Below, in pieces: positions 40,110-51,727 of a stretch of 64,000 nucleotides of DNA. How positions within the stretch are numbered: the first letter of the stretch is position 1; each line of letters starts with the position of its first letter. Position numbers and translations under genes: made by a program. The stretch is taken from contig NC_087251.1 of NCBI RefSeq assembly GCF_037042905.1, positions 2,420,001-2,484,000 on the forward strand, given 5' to 3'. This DNA is from Lytechinus pictus (taxonomy: Eukaryota). The notes beneath the pieces are model-generated. The model was given only the letters and a program-made list of their open reading frames with translations, was not told the DNA's origin and did not search any database.

Positions 40110-43100
40110 TTAATCTTGGTAGAACAAAAGGTTGAGTTTCCATCATGTACATTTTATATAGGTCTTGTCAGTTCACTATGTTCACATCTAAAGAAGATTA
40201 GAAAAAGCTGATACAAAGACCATGGCCTCTCAAATGAAGAGATGTGATTGATTTAAATAAATCATCCATTATTTAATCAATCTTAATTTAAAGATTGATC
40301 TCAAAATTCCTCTTAGGAGATATGAGTTATTTCAATTAATCGCAACTCTTCACAAAGGCCCCGTTTTCCAATGTGAACCACATTTACTCCTAAATGATTA
40401 GATTGTGCTCCGTGAACCTAAAAACTGCAAAAACAAGTGATTCGAAACTAGTATACCACTTTTATACCCTTAACTGTTAACAAAATATTAGTACATGTGG
40501 AAATGAAAATAGTTATGACAGAGATGAGTACTCTTCATACATATTATTACGATCCATCAAATAAATGTAAACGAGAGATTGCTTTCAAAAGGATAATTTA
40601 TGCAAATTGACACCAGAATCATCCATCATGAGAAACTAGATTTGCTTCCCATTCAGTGTGAATGGGTGGTCTCACTGGCTTGAGTTGTGGACTCAGTCTC
40701 TGTGACATCTACAAACCTACCAGAGATGGCAGAGACATCACAGAAACCCCTTAGAGACCTTGGGACAATATTGTGGCATATTCCAGATTAATTTGATCAT
40801 GTGTCCACTGGCTCTGGGACATTGTGATGAGACAAAGCTTCAGAGGGACAAACTATTGCGTGTAAAACATTGCTCTATCCCAAACTCTTTGTCTGAACTG
40901 AATGTTCTAGCCCCACTGATGGAGGATTGTAGGGTTATCCCTGAGATAACTTGCCTTCAGGTTTTAGGGATATAATTGCTGAAAATTTATTTGCTTGTTT
41001 AAATATGCAAGTATTATTTTTTTTTTAAGATATAAGAAATCCAAATTATTGATATCCTGAGTGGGAAGCATGTTGATCTTCAGAATGAAAATATTTCTGA
41101 TTTATAAATGGAATATTGTGTTTGGTATTGTTATTGAAAAGTTTATTTTATCTGTCCATTTGGAAGCAATTTCCCAAAATTATACCACATTAATGAATAA
41201 AAGGGAAATAAATGATGATACCTCGTTGATACAGGAACCAGAGGAATGCTTGTTGAGTGATGATCAATTGATTTCATTTCATCGGTAGTGCATTACCAAT
41301 ATTCTTCCAATGATTGTATCCAATGCATACAACTCCCTATCAAATGCTTTTAATGAAGTCTTCCAAGATTTGTAATTATTTGTTTGATACACACTACACA
41401 CTTGATAAGGAACCTTACCAAAGGTATGTACCACATCTACAAGTATAGGTGTTAATGTTTTACACAACAGTCTTCAAACATTCCTCATTCTTTTTGTTTG
41501 TGATGGAATGTGAGGATAAGTGATGTAAAGATGCTTCCTTCTGGTAAGACCAACTTTTGGTAAGGTTCTTAACTTCAGAATTTTCTGAAGATAAAAAGAT
41601 ATTCCCTACTATAAGGAGGAGGTGCAACCATTGAAAATTGAAAAGATAGGGAAACAGAGGAAGAGGATTAAACAGAATGTATTTCTTACTTCCGTCAAAA
41701 CTCTACAGCAATATACAAAAAAAACTTAACAAAATCTATGTTAAGAGGGGTATTTCATATGGCTATCCGTACATTTACACAGCACTTATTTGCTTGTGAG
41801 ATTATTGAAGACACCTTAATTAAAAATCAAGACATAGTATGGAAACTGGAAATACCTTTGCTGGTCAACTCATTGTCTTGGTATAATACCACTTTCTACT
41901 GGTGAGCATCATATTTGCAGTAGGAAATATTGATCTTAATAACATTTGATAGGTGTGATGCAGCATGGATCTTGGAATGCTCTGCCATCATGATGGGATC
42001 ATCAGTATGGATGAAGATGATGATAACGATGATCATGATGATGATGACAATGACTTTTCTGAGGACTGTAAAGGTGGTTTCTCTGTAAGCATGATATCCC
42101 TGAAGAAGTCCTTATTATCTGGAAAACAAAAACTTTCCCCACAATCCTACAGCATAGTTTCATCACAAGGATATTATTTTTGTTCTTTTTGCTCAATCGA
42201 CTTCAATAGGTCACAGTTTCTGGGCTTCTTACATTTTTAATACCAATTTTATGGGTAAACATTGGTGTGGTCGTACTTTAAAAAAAGACCAAATTGTTTT
42301 ATGTATCTATCAGCATTCCTTCAAAGCCTCTTTTTCCTTTTAAGGTTTCCATTCCTGCAATGGCAAACAGTGAGGTTTGGAAAGCCAATCCCATTATGGT
42401 GAAATTGGTAAAAAGTGATCGACACAAGTTTCTAAAGATTGGCTCATTTTTAGATAATGTTTCTTAAAATGTAGTTGGCCAAGAAAGAAAAACTTGCTTT
42501 ATATAAATGGTCACTATTAGGTCACTTTTCTATGCATCTCATTTTCTGATTGAGTGATATGGTGAATGAAGAAGCCATATCCAATCATTTGATTCTCAAC
42601 TAGATAACCTCTCTTTTTCTGAACATGGTCAAACTAATTTTGGGAGCAGTGTTGTCTTTTTGTCTGGTATTATGCCCAATTTATTCTTTCTTATATACCC
42701 AAATTTGAAAATGAAATATTTTAAGATTGAGTGAGCAAGAGAGAGAGCTAGAGAAACAGAGATACAAATAGACAGACAATTAAATGAAAGAAAGCGAGGT
42801 GAGGAAGGGATAGAGGTAAAAAGAAAGAGAAATTGAACAAGGAGGGAGAGACACACACAAAAAGACAGATATGCAGACAGAGAAAGATTGCAGTAGAAGG
42901 GAAAAGAAAGATACAAATGACAGAAAGTAAACTGGAAAAAGAGAAAGGGAGTAGGATCATTATTCTCATGGTATTGCCCTTTTATTTTAAGAGATGATTT
43001 TGCCCAAGTCAAATCACATTGCCCATTATTTTCCAAGTTGAAGATGAGAGTATAGTGTAATTTCTTTGAGGGTAATAAATATTGGTATGGTTTAATAAAG

Positions 43101-46100
43101 GTTAGTCTCTTTCATAAATTTTAAGACATCTTCCAGGAGAAAAATGGACTGCATGCCAAGTTTTGTTTTTATATTTACTGGAATTAAATGTGCAAATATA
43201 GCAAAGTCATTTACTTTGCTATAATTCACAGAGATGTCAAACAATAACTTAAATAGTTGATAAAGCTAGGTGTTCTAGCAAAATGGTCCACAAAACCGTG
43301 ACATTCAGTAGAATATTTTGATATTAAGAAATAGCATGACACCACAAGCAGATATCTAAATGTGACATTTTGCTACATCACCTGCCGTTAAAACAGAATT
43401 CATGCTTTTGCTTTTTGCATTCAATAAGTGGCACGTTTATTGCCCTGTTGAATATGCAGCCATACTTAGTATGTGAGAGTATCATCATTATGGACTGTTA
43501 AATTGTGATTGAATCAATAGTCCATATAATCACATGGTTGGATGTCTTATATAGTTGATAATCATTTTATGCTATTTATTTTTACATTAAAGCAATATCA
43601 CCACATACATTGAATGCAACATAATGAGCTAATGATCAGATCCTGGTATGAAAACCAAAACACTGATCACAAATCAGTATCAGATGAAAATAATGTACGT
43701 ATCTGTAGCACTTCATGATGTTTGAAATGTTTTTGTCTATCTTTGCTTGAAATGGGTAGTATAAATATTTATAAAGGTTCAATACCATTTTCAATGCATT
43801 ATGCACATAGTATTGCATTCAATTGACAGAATGATTTGGGACTTTTACAACCTATCTTCAATAAAGAAGAATTATGTCCCGTTCATTTTTAACACAATTT
43901 CATATCATTTTGGTCAAAGTATATCTCTGAAATTCTTTACAAACTTGAGAGTAAATGCATACCAAATGTTTTTTGTCACAAAGATGAGTTGAAAAAGTTC
44001 CATAAGATTCTGTTATACTTATAACTAGCATCCATTTTCACACACATTACTTAGAAATGAAAATCTTTACCTCACTCTTACTTTCCATTGTGGACAATAT
44101 TCTGACTTAATTTTACTCTCATATTCAGTTAAAAATTTTGAAGTAAATATCCTTAAATCATCTTTTGATATATAGTACTTAAATGTGAATCCTGATTTTG
44201 ATTCTTTATACTCACATAGAATTCCATAGATCTTCCTATTTTGCTATTGTCAAACTTGAATGTAAGTGCAAGATATAAGATTTCCATTTTATGTTGAACT
44301 TTGATCCATTCCATCAAAATTATTCTAGCAGAATCATCTAGCAAAAATATTAATGTTATAGACATTCTGCTTGTTATGTTGTATTCAATGAAAAAGATCA
44401 AAGTGAGTTAAGAAATAATGAAGTAACCTTGAATTCTGGAAACCAAATTATACATCCAATATCTATAAATTATAATAAATCATTAAATGTTAACCATATT
44501 AATTTCAGCTTTGATGAACATGAATTTTCAATCTAACATGGTATACCTAATGCTTCAACACAGATATACTGTACATCTATAGGCCAATTTATTGAGTAGT
44601 TTATGCATGCCTTAATTTTTCCTGTGTTGTATTCTTTGTTAATGTTTTATTGGAATTTTCTTATTTCTTTTTTATTTTTAAGAGGATTTATTTTCATGAG
44701 GACCAAAATCCAAGGCTACCTATTATTAATAAAAAAAACATTTTTAGGGATGAAGCATAGACTTCTGTATTTTTTTCCATATGGTTTCCAATTACCAATT
44801 TATTGCAAGATTAAGAAGAGTCATACTTCCAATTGCTTAAGTGCATATAACACAATATTTTTCCCTTTTAGATCTCATAACTCTTTCATAATGGCCTACA
44901 TGGTAATGATAACATAGTTTATCTAATGAGAATGATATGATAAAGAATAATTCAATGTAAAACTGTTGGAGAATAGGAGAGGTGAGATAGAGGTTACAGC
45001 TTTAAAGGTAAAGAGGATAGGATCTTGACAAGGGCTCGGTAACACAACGCTTAGCAATTGATTGTAGTTACACCTCTGTACAATCCGTTGTGATAATTAG
45101 TCATACAATCATTCTTTCTGGACAGTCCCCTGGCAGTACATGGATAGCCTTCTAACCATTGTCATCATGGTAGCACATTTTTGCACACAAAACTTGATTT
45201 TCTGTAAAAGCTACAGCAAACCTTAAGATTGGTTTATGATTTGATTTGGAATATTTTGAGGTTTGAAATCACTTCTAGAATGCTTATTTTAAAATTTGAT
45301 TGAAGTTCAAATCTGTTTAAAATGGTAGCAGCTCGTAGAATGATGTCACTATGATGTCACTAAATAGAATTAGGTTTGATATGTATTCCAAGGCATGCAA
45401 GTACCTTTATACTGCATTTCAAGTTTGGCATTTATTTGATGGGTCAGAACTTTGGATGATAGTATATTCCTTGTTTAAATGTTCCCATCAAAGGTTATAG
45501 CATTTTAGCCACAAATCGGTCGCAAACCAGTCAGAAGGTTTGCAGTTGCCCATAAGAAATACTATCCATGGCTGCATAATCCCTCATTCTTTGTTTCATA
45601 TTATTGATTGTATGTGAAACATTGTATACATACAATTGATATTATTCACATCTAATATGCATAGCTTGGAGAGGGTTTGTGCAAACAATGATTTGTTTGC
45701 TAATGTACTAGTCACAGAAATATGATGCATGTAGCAAATCCATGTTATACTTTGATGCTCAACAAAGAAATAAAGAGATGTTTCACAGATTCAGGCAGTA
45801 TTCTGAATGATGAATTTTCACCCAATACGTAGCTCATCATTGAGCATGCTGTACATATATATCTGAATTTGTTGTCATCAATGTATTTGGGGATAAGAGT
45901 TTGATTGAAAATGAATATAATGTCTACATCGTAGACAAAGTCTATATATGGGACTATGTGAAATGAAGTTTTTTAGAAAGACAATAGCTTAATGAGAAGA
46001 TAGAAAGGAGGCCCTACAATAATTCAGCTTATAATACTATTATGTTAATGATTCATATATTTTTTTTAGCAAATAGAAGTATACCTTCAATGATATAAAT

Positions 46101-49040
46101 TGGCATTTTACAATAATATAACATATGCATGATACAACAAAAGTTAAAAGGACCTTAATATAACACACTGTGGGAGATATAAAAAGAGAAATACAAGCAA
46201 TCAAGTCAAATATGTGACGGAAGTGTCATTACATGTCATGCTATTTCCTTACGTTATATATCTCTAATAAAAAGAGAAATCTAAGCAATAAGCTTCTTTG
46301 ATTTTTTTTGTCAGAAACTTGTTTTAGTCAGTCTACAATGATGTCACTCCATATAGAATCAATGGCATACTCTTATTCTTTGTTCTAGTTCAAAGAATTA
46401 CAAATTCATCATTTTAAAATTACAATTAAACTGGAAGAGCAAAAAACACAACAGTGGTTCAAAAAATCTTAAACCTTCTATGTTAACCTTTACAAATCTT
46501 AGGATTTCAGTCCGGTGTCACATCACAGCTATAATTTGGCAAACACATAGAAGTTATCGGTAATTATAACTACATCTAAGCAACTCAAAAGTAAAACAGT
46601 GGATTCTCTGTGACACAAAGCCTACCATACATGTAGATCAGGCCTGATTGATGTCTCAAAATAGAACAAGATAAATTCAAGGATAAGTTATTTCTGAATT
46701 TTAAATAGTATCTCATTTATCCTGTGGGGACTGGTATCGTAGTAGGCTGGCCACAATATTTTTTCAATGCCAATCTTTGATGAATTTAATGTAATTTTCA
46801 ATTGATTATGATGATTTAGTAATCACATGATGAAACATTAATAGAAATTAAGTAATTGGGACTAAATTCCTTTTTTCGCAAAAGGAAACAGCAGACAAAT
46901 AACTCATACCTAATAATAATAATAATTCCATATCTGATATGTTAGAATTGTGTGCTTCCACCATTAGATTGAAAACTGAACAATAGGAATGTGAAAATTG
47001 AATTTAATATTGTTTGTTGCCAGCCAGACTTCAAGTATTCCTATTAGATTTGTTAGATGAAAAAATTATTTTGATAAATATGCAGAACAAATGAAGATGT
47101 AATTCTGTTCCTTGAAAGTTTTGGTTTTGTATTTATATGGAACCTTCATTTTAGGCCTATTCATATCATTGCAGTGTACTACCATGTATGGTGTGCTTTG
47201 CCTACATTACATGATATTGTCCTTTGTTACAAGCATTTGATTAAATCTATTAGGGGTCTTGGTTTTAAGAGGAAATTATCTTTTCCTTATAAAAATTCAC
47301 TTGGCAAAGGTAACATGTTTATGTCTTACTTGCCTTTACAATTGTACTGCCTGAAATGTATCAGATTGGCTTGCGAAAAAGAAGACAAATACGTGTCCAT
47401 TCCCTTCAAATATATTTTATTCGATAAAGTAATAGTCAAATAATTGCTTACATACTAAAGCATGTATTAAACAGATATTTCATACCTTTTCAATGCACCA
47501 TTCCTTTTATTAATTTTGTCTTACATTTTTGAAATACTTTTTAATATAAAGTGGTTTATAAATATTACTGTATATATTCAAAGTTTCTTGACTCCAGGAA
47601 GGAAGTGACCAATAGTTTAATCATATGCTTGCACCATTCAAGTTAAGTATCCAAACTAAAAGATCAATTTGAGATCAAAAGAACAATTGTGAAAAAATCA
47701 AATGAAACAGACATTGCATGAAAGAAAAATGGCAATTGGCATAATTCTGCATTAGGAAGAAACACAAATGAAATGAAAAAAAATATTATGGAATTATATA
47801 ATACATAGTTGAAATCTCTACAGACAATATCAACCTCTGAGAAATATAAACTGGTGATAAACTTCAAATCTGTGATATTCCTTTCTCAACAATAGTAAAC
47901 TTTTGATAGTAACAACTTTAGTAGGTATATTAATTTGAATAATATTGTCGCTTGCAGGCAACCAAGTTACATCATTGTCTCATCCTTTTGTCCTCTTTTC
48001 AGTCTAACATTCTGAAGGACGTAAACTTAATAATGTTCAGTCCCACCAGATTGTCTCCACGGACCCACAAATATTGTTTCAAACATCGTTTGCTCTTTGT
48101 GTGAACATGAGGTAGGAGTCGTCAGCACACCAAACACAGATTCATTACGTAGTGGTATGACTCATTTCAATTGTGTTGTCAGTCATTAAATCAATTTCAA
48201 CAGAAATCCAGACAGGATATATTCCAATCTGAATGATTAAACTTGAATTCACCTTATGACAGGAGCTCAAATTACATGCATGTGAATAGAAAGACCAGTC
48301 TTGTGTTAGAATTTTTGCTACAAGTCATGGACAAAGAAAGAAATCAAACAATTCGGTATGTATGGTTTTATTCATAGGTGAACATGGTAGTTGGATACCT
48401 GTTAATTTTTACTGAGACAAATAGTTAGCAGGAAAAGAAAGAATTTATCTTTATCTTGACAACTCTGTCTCTCTTGTGTAAAACTCTTTTTGTATTAGTG
48501 CAAATGATTTACATTATGAAATATGATTCATAATTTACGGAATTCTAGTATCCTGAAAGCACTTATTGATGTAAAACTTTTAACCACAGATTGTAAGCAG
48601 AACTTATTTTCCACTTATCTTTCAGGGATTCTTCATGATTGAGTAAGTATATTTTCATAGGATTTATTTTCAATGTTATTTTTTCCTTGGATGTTTCATT
48701 GGCAAAACTTGTATTTATCTAATTTATTTCTAATTAGAAATAAGAGAGTGGGATATAAATTTGCCTGTGTATCCTTACAGTGAATGCAACCACGTACTTA
48801 AAGATATTGTTTCATTTGTTTCTTTTTTTGTCTATGCTATTGAAAATACAATGCTGTTCCTGTTGGGAAATTGTTTTTTTATGAATAATGGGCAAGTGGA
48901 TTAGTATAAAGTTCATTGTAATGTCTGTCTAGTCCTGTCCAAAAAATGGTATCTCTCTTCTATATTTCCTATACCTCATTAACTTATCGCATCTTTTTTT
49001 TTATGGAGATCTGTCAATCTTGAAACTTACTTCATCTACA

Positions 49041-49046
49041 TTTATT
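49041..49046 (-). terminator. Candidate polyadenylation signal (AATAAA) of the EF-hand gene
   Basis: TTTATT on the + strand at the far end of an ~1.7-kb stretch below the stop codon that is T-rich on the minus strand. More proximal AATAAA hexamers exist near 50602 and 50665, so the choice is uncertain. Confidence 0.3.
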
Positions 49047-50722
49047 GACCACACTTTTTTAATCAGAAAATTATAATACACCAGAATTTCTAGTAAGACT
49101 TAAATGCAGACTTTGCTGAAATGGGTACTTTAAGTCGTAGGTTTCCCTAAAATAATTCCCAGTTCACCAAATCTACCATTTGATAAAAAAGTCATATCAG
49201 TTATCAAGACTGAATTATGAGGAAATAGGGTAAATTGTAATATTTTGTAATATAATGTATATATTATATAGATATATTCATATATATATTGAAAAAGCTG
49301 TCATTATTGCACACACACAAACTCATCTATATAACAAAATCTTAGAGAGTACATATGCATCCTCATCAAACAAAAATTGATAAGGTAACAATTATTTTAA
49401 ATTCATGCTAGGTTCTTAAAGTTTGAATACAAGAGTATGAAATGTCATATAAGTAGATAAAACATATTGTATTCTGTCCACGGACATCGATGTTCCTAGC
49501 CCAGTTCGCGTACAAAACTTGACTTTAATAAGTTTGTATCATAATCAATTGAAGAATAAAATATGAAATGCAGAATATCTAGGATTACTAGGTGTTAAAA
49601 CAATATCCTCCCATTTAGGAATATAGATATGTGTATGATATCATCAAGTGTTCTGAAATACATTGATAATAATTGGGAAACATTGGGAAGGCACGTAAGA
49701 TATCTAGCTAAGTTTATACTACCCCTTTAAACTGCTGATATTGATTATAAAAGGGCAGACACAAACGCTGCCCACTCATATATATAGAGATTTGAGATAA
49801 TACATGGGGAAAAACTCCACACAACATTTATATCACCATGAAGTCATTTGACCTGCCTTACAGGCAAATCATTCAAAAAAATCCCCTGTTATTACAAATT
49901 AAAGCAGGAAAAAATGTCCACAATAAAAAGGATAGAAATACCTTTCATGTTGCATGTGGTACAATAGAGATAGGCTTTTTATGTACTTTTGAAAACACAT
50001 CACATCATTTCGTACTTTATACATTTTCTAAATAGTGGAAATATATTTCATGAAGTACTCAATATAATACCTATAATTGTCATTTCATATACCTCGAAAA
50101 TCTTTTGTGATAGTAAGCAATTGGTTAGGATATATTACATAAAATCATTTACAATTTTGTTAGAATAAAATATCATGTACATAGATAATGTACATCTAGC
50201 ATGTTGCTGTAGTTTCTAAAGTAGTATGTTCACCCTAAAGAACCTACTTTCCATCATATCTAGAATCAAATCAGTGCTATGATATATCCCAATAGCCAAT
50301 GGAAACAAAATCCAAACCTATACGATATAATGATAATCAACATCTACAAGCTATATTTCTCAAGTTCTAGCCTAAATTTGGAGGAAGAAATTCATTTGAT
50401 GCATACATTTTGTAATAAAAATTCAATAACATTTGTGGCTTTTCAGTCCACTTTGAATTGCCAGAGCCAAATTGCAGCTCTGGTCTGGTGTACTTTTATA
50501 GTGTTTGGGAGAGTCAAACATCAACATGATTTCTGATCAGATCAATACTCATGGACCAAAAAACAAAATGTTTCTGGGCCTTTGTGTGTATGACCTGATC
50601 TTTTATTGTCTCTCCCACTCTTTTTTTCCATGTTAATTCATATATTTGCTTGTGCAGTGGCGGATTTATTGCTTTTTGACTTGTATTTAATGTAAATACT
50701 GCATGTATGTGGGTTGTTGTTG

Positions 50723-51727
50723 TCACGTTACCCTGTTATTAGGAACCTTATGGTCACTACTGTACCTTGTGTTATCTGCTTTCTCCAGTCTGGTGGTCTC
50801 CAGTCTGGTGGTCTCTGGGTTGCCTAGTTGGTTGTAAACGGCAGTTGTCCTGTTGAATGCAGGCGTCACACAATGGTTCTTCAGAATATTATCCACATGA
50901 TCATGTGATTTGACCCTTCCTTTACCGCTCTTTCCCCGTAAGATCCTTGCGTCTGCTTCAGTCTCAGATATGTCAGCAAGAGGGCAAGAACATAGAGTTT
51001 TGGGTTTTGCTTTGCATGCCGGACTACTATCTGCGCTTGTGCCACTTAACCGTGGTGATGAGTTACCGGTAGCTGACCGGCGGGTACGGGGCGACAGCAA
51101 CCGGCCAGATCTCCTAGGTTCTGGTGATGGCGTTGCTCTAGCGCCTTCAGTTCTACCTCCAGAAGCCTCTAGTTTGATCTCTTCGCAGGAGCTACCGGCC
51201 TCTTTAGCTCGTACCTGAACCAATAGATGGCACAATTCAAGGAAATCTTGAAAGTCTACCTTATTCCCAAGCTCAGGGTACTTCATTGACTTCATTGTTT
51301 GTACAAAGCAGTGGAATCGTACATTGGTTGGGGAGTCATCCCCAAGTTTATTAAGGACTTCAGAGACCTCGTCATAATTTAGCAACGAGTCCTTGTCCTT
51401 GTCGTTGGTGATGAACTCTATCCGAAATTCAGATATATTTGAGCGAGTCCAGTTTGGGTACTTTTCACTCAACTGCTCAAAGTTGATGTGCTCTAGGTGG
51501 TCATGAGGACTGTGGTAGGTGCGCCGGTTGACTATATCCCTGTATATATCCTCGGTGATGTTTTCTGGGCAGCGCACCACCTGCAGGGCCTCTCCTTCCA
51601 CTCTTCGTTTGCCTGTACTAGTAAAGATTTCTGCAGGTTCAAAGTGCACAGGTTCCATCTCAATAGGGAAGCTTGGAGCTAACCCCATCTTTAGCCCTCT
51701 CAGGCAGCTTGAACACAAGCGTTGCAT
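50723..51727 (-). CDS. EF-hand calcium-binding protein (AIF1/EFHD-like EF pair) with a disordered Ser/Pro/Arg-rich C-terminal tail, 334 aa
   Basis: By far the longest non-repetitive ORF, and GC-richer than its flanks. Start context is CACCATG with an in-frame TGA 18 nt upstream. The EF loop DKDKDSLLNYDE (aa 109-120) has acidic residues at positions 1, 3, 5 and 12 and is followed by the helix VSEVLNKLG. A degenerate second hand ends in KVDFQDFLEL. Confidence 0.9.
   Translation of the reverse strand: MQRLCSSCLRGLKMGLAPSFPIEMEPVHFEPAEIFTSTGKRRVEGEALQVVRCPENITEDIYRDIVNRRTYHSPHDHLEHINFEQLSEKYPNWTRSNISEFRIEFITNDKDKDSLLNYDEVSEVLNKLGDDSPTNVRFHCFVQTMKSMKYPELGNKVDFQDFLELCHLLVQVRAKEAGSSCEEIKLEASGGRTEGARATPSPEPRRSGRLLSPRTRRSATGNSSPRLSGTSADSSPACKAKPKTLCSCPLADISETEADARILRGKSGKGRVKSHDHVDNILKNHCVTPAFNRTTAVYNQLGNPETTRLETTRLEKADNTRYSSDHKVPNNRVT

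Noticed and set aside
41965..42240. 91-aa ORF with an Asp-rich run
   Set aside because: The acidic run is a (GAT)n microsatellite and there is no other coding signal.
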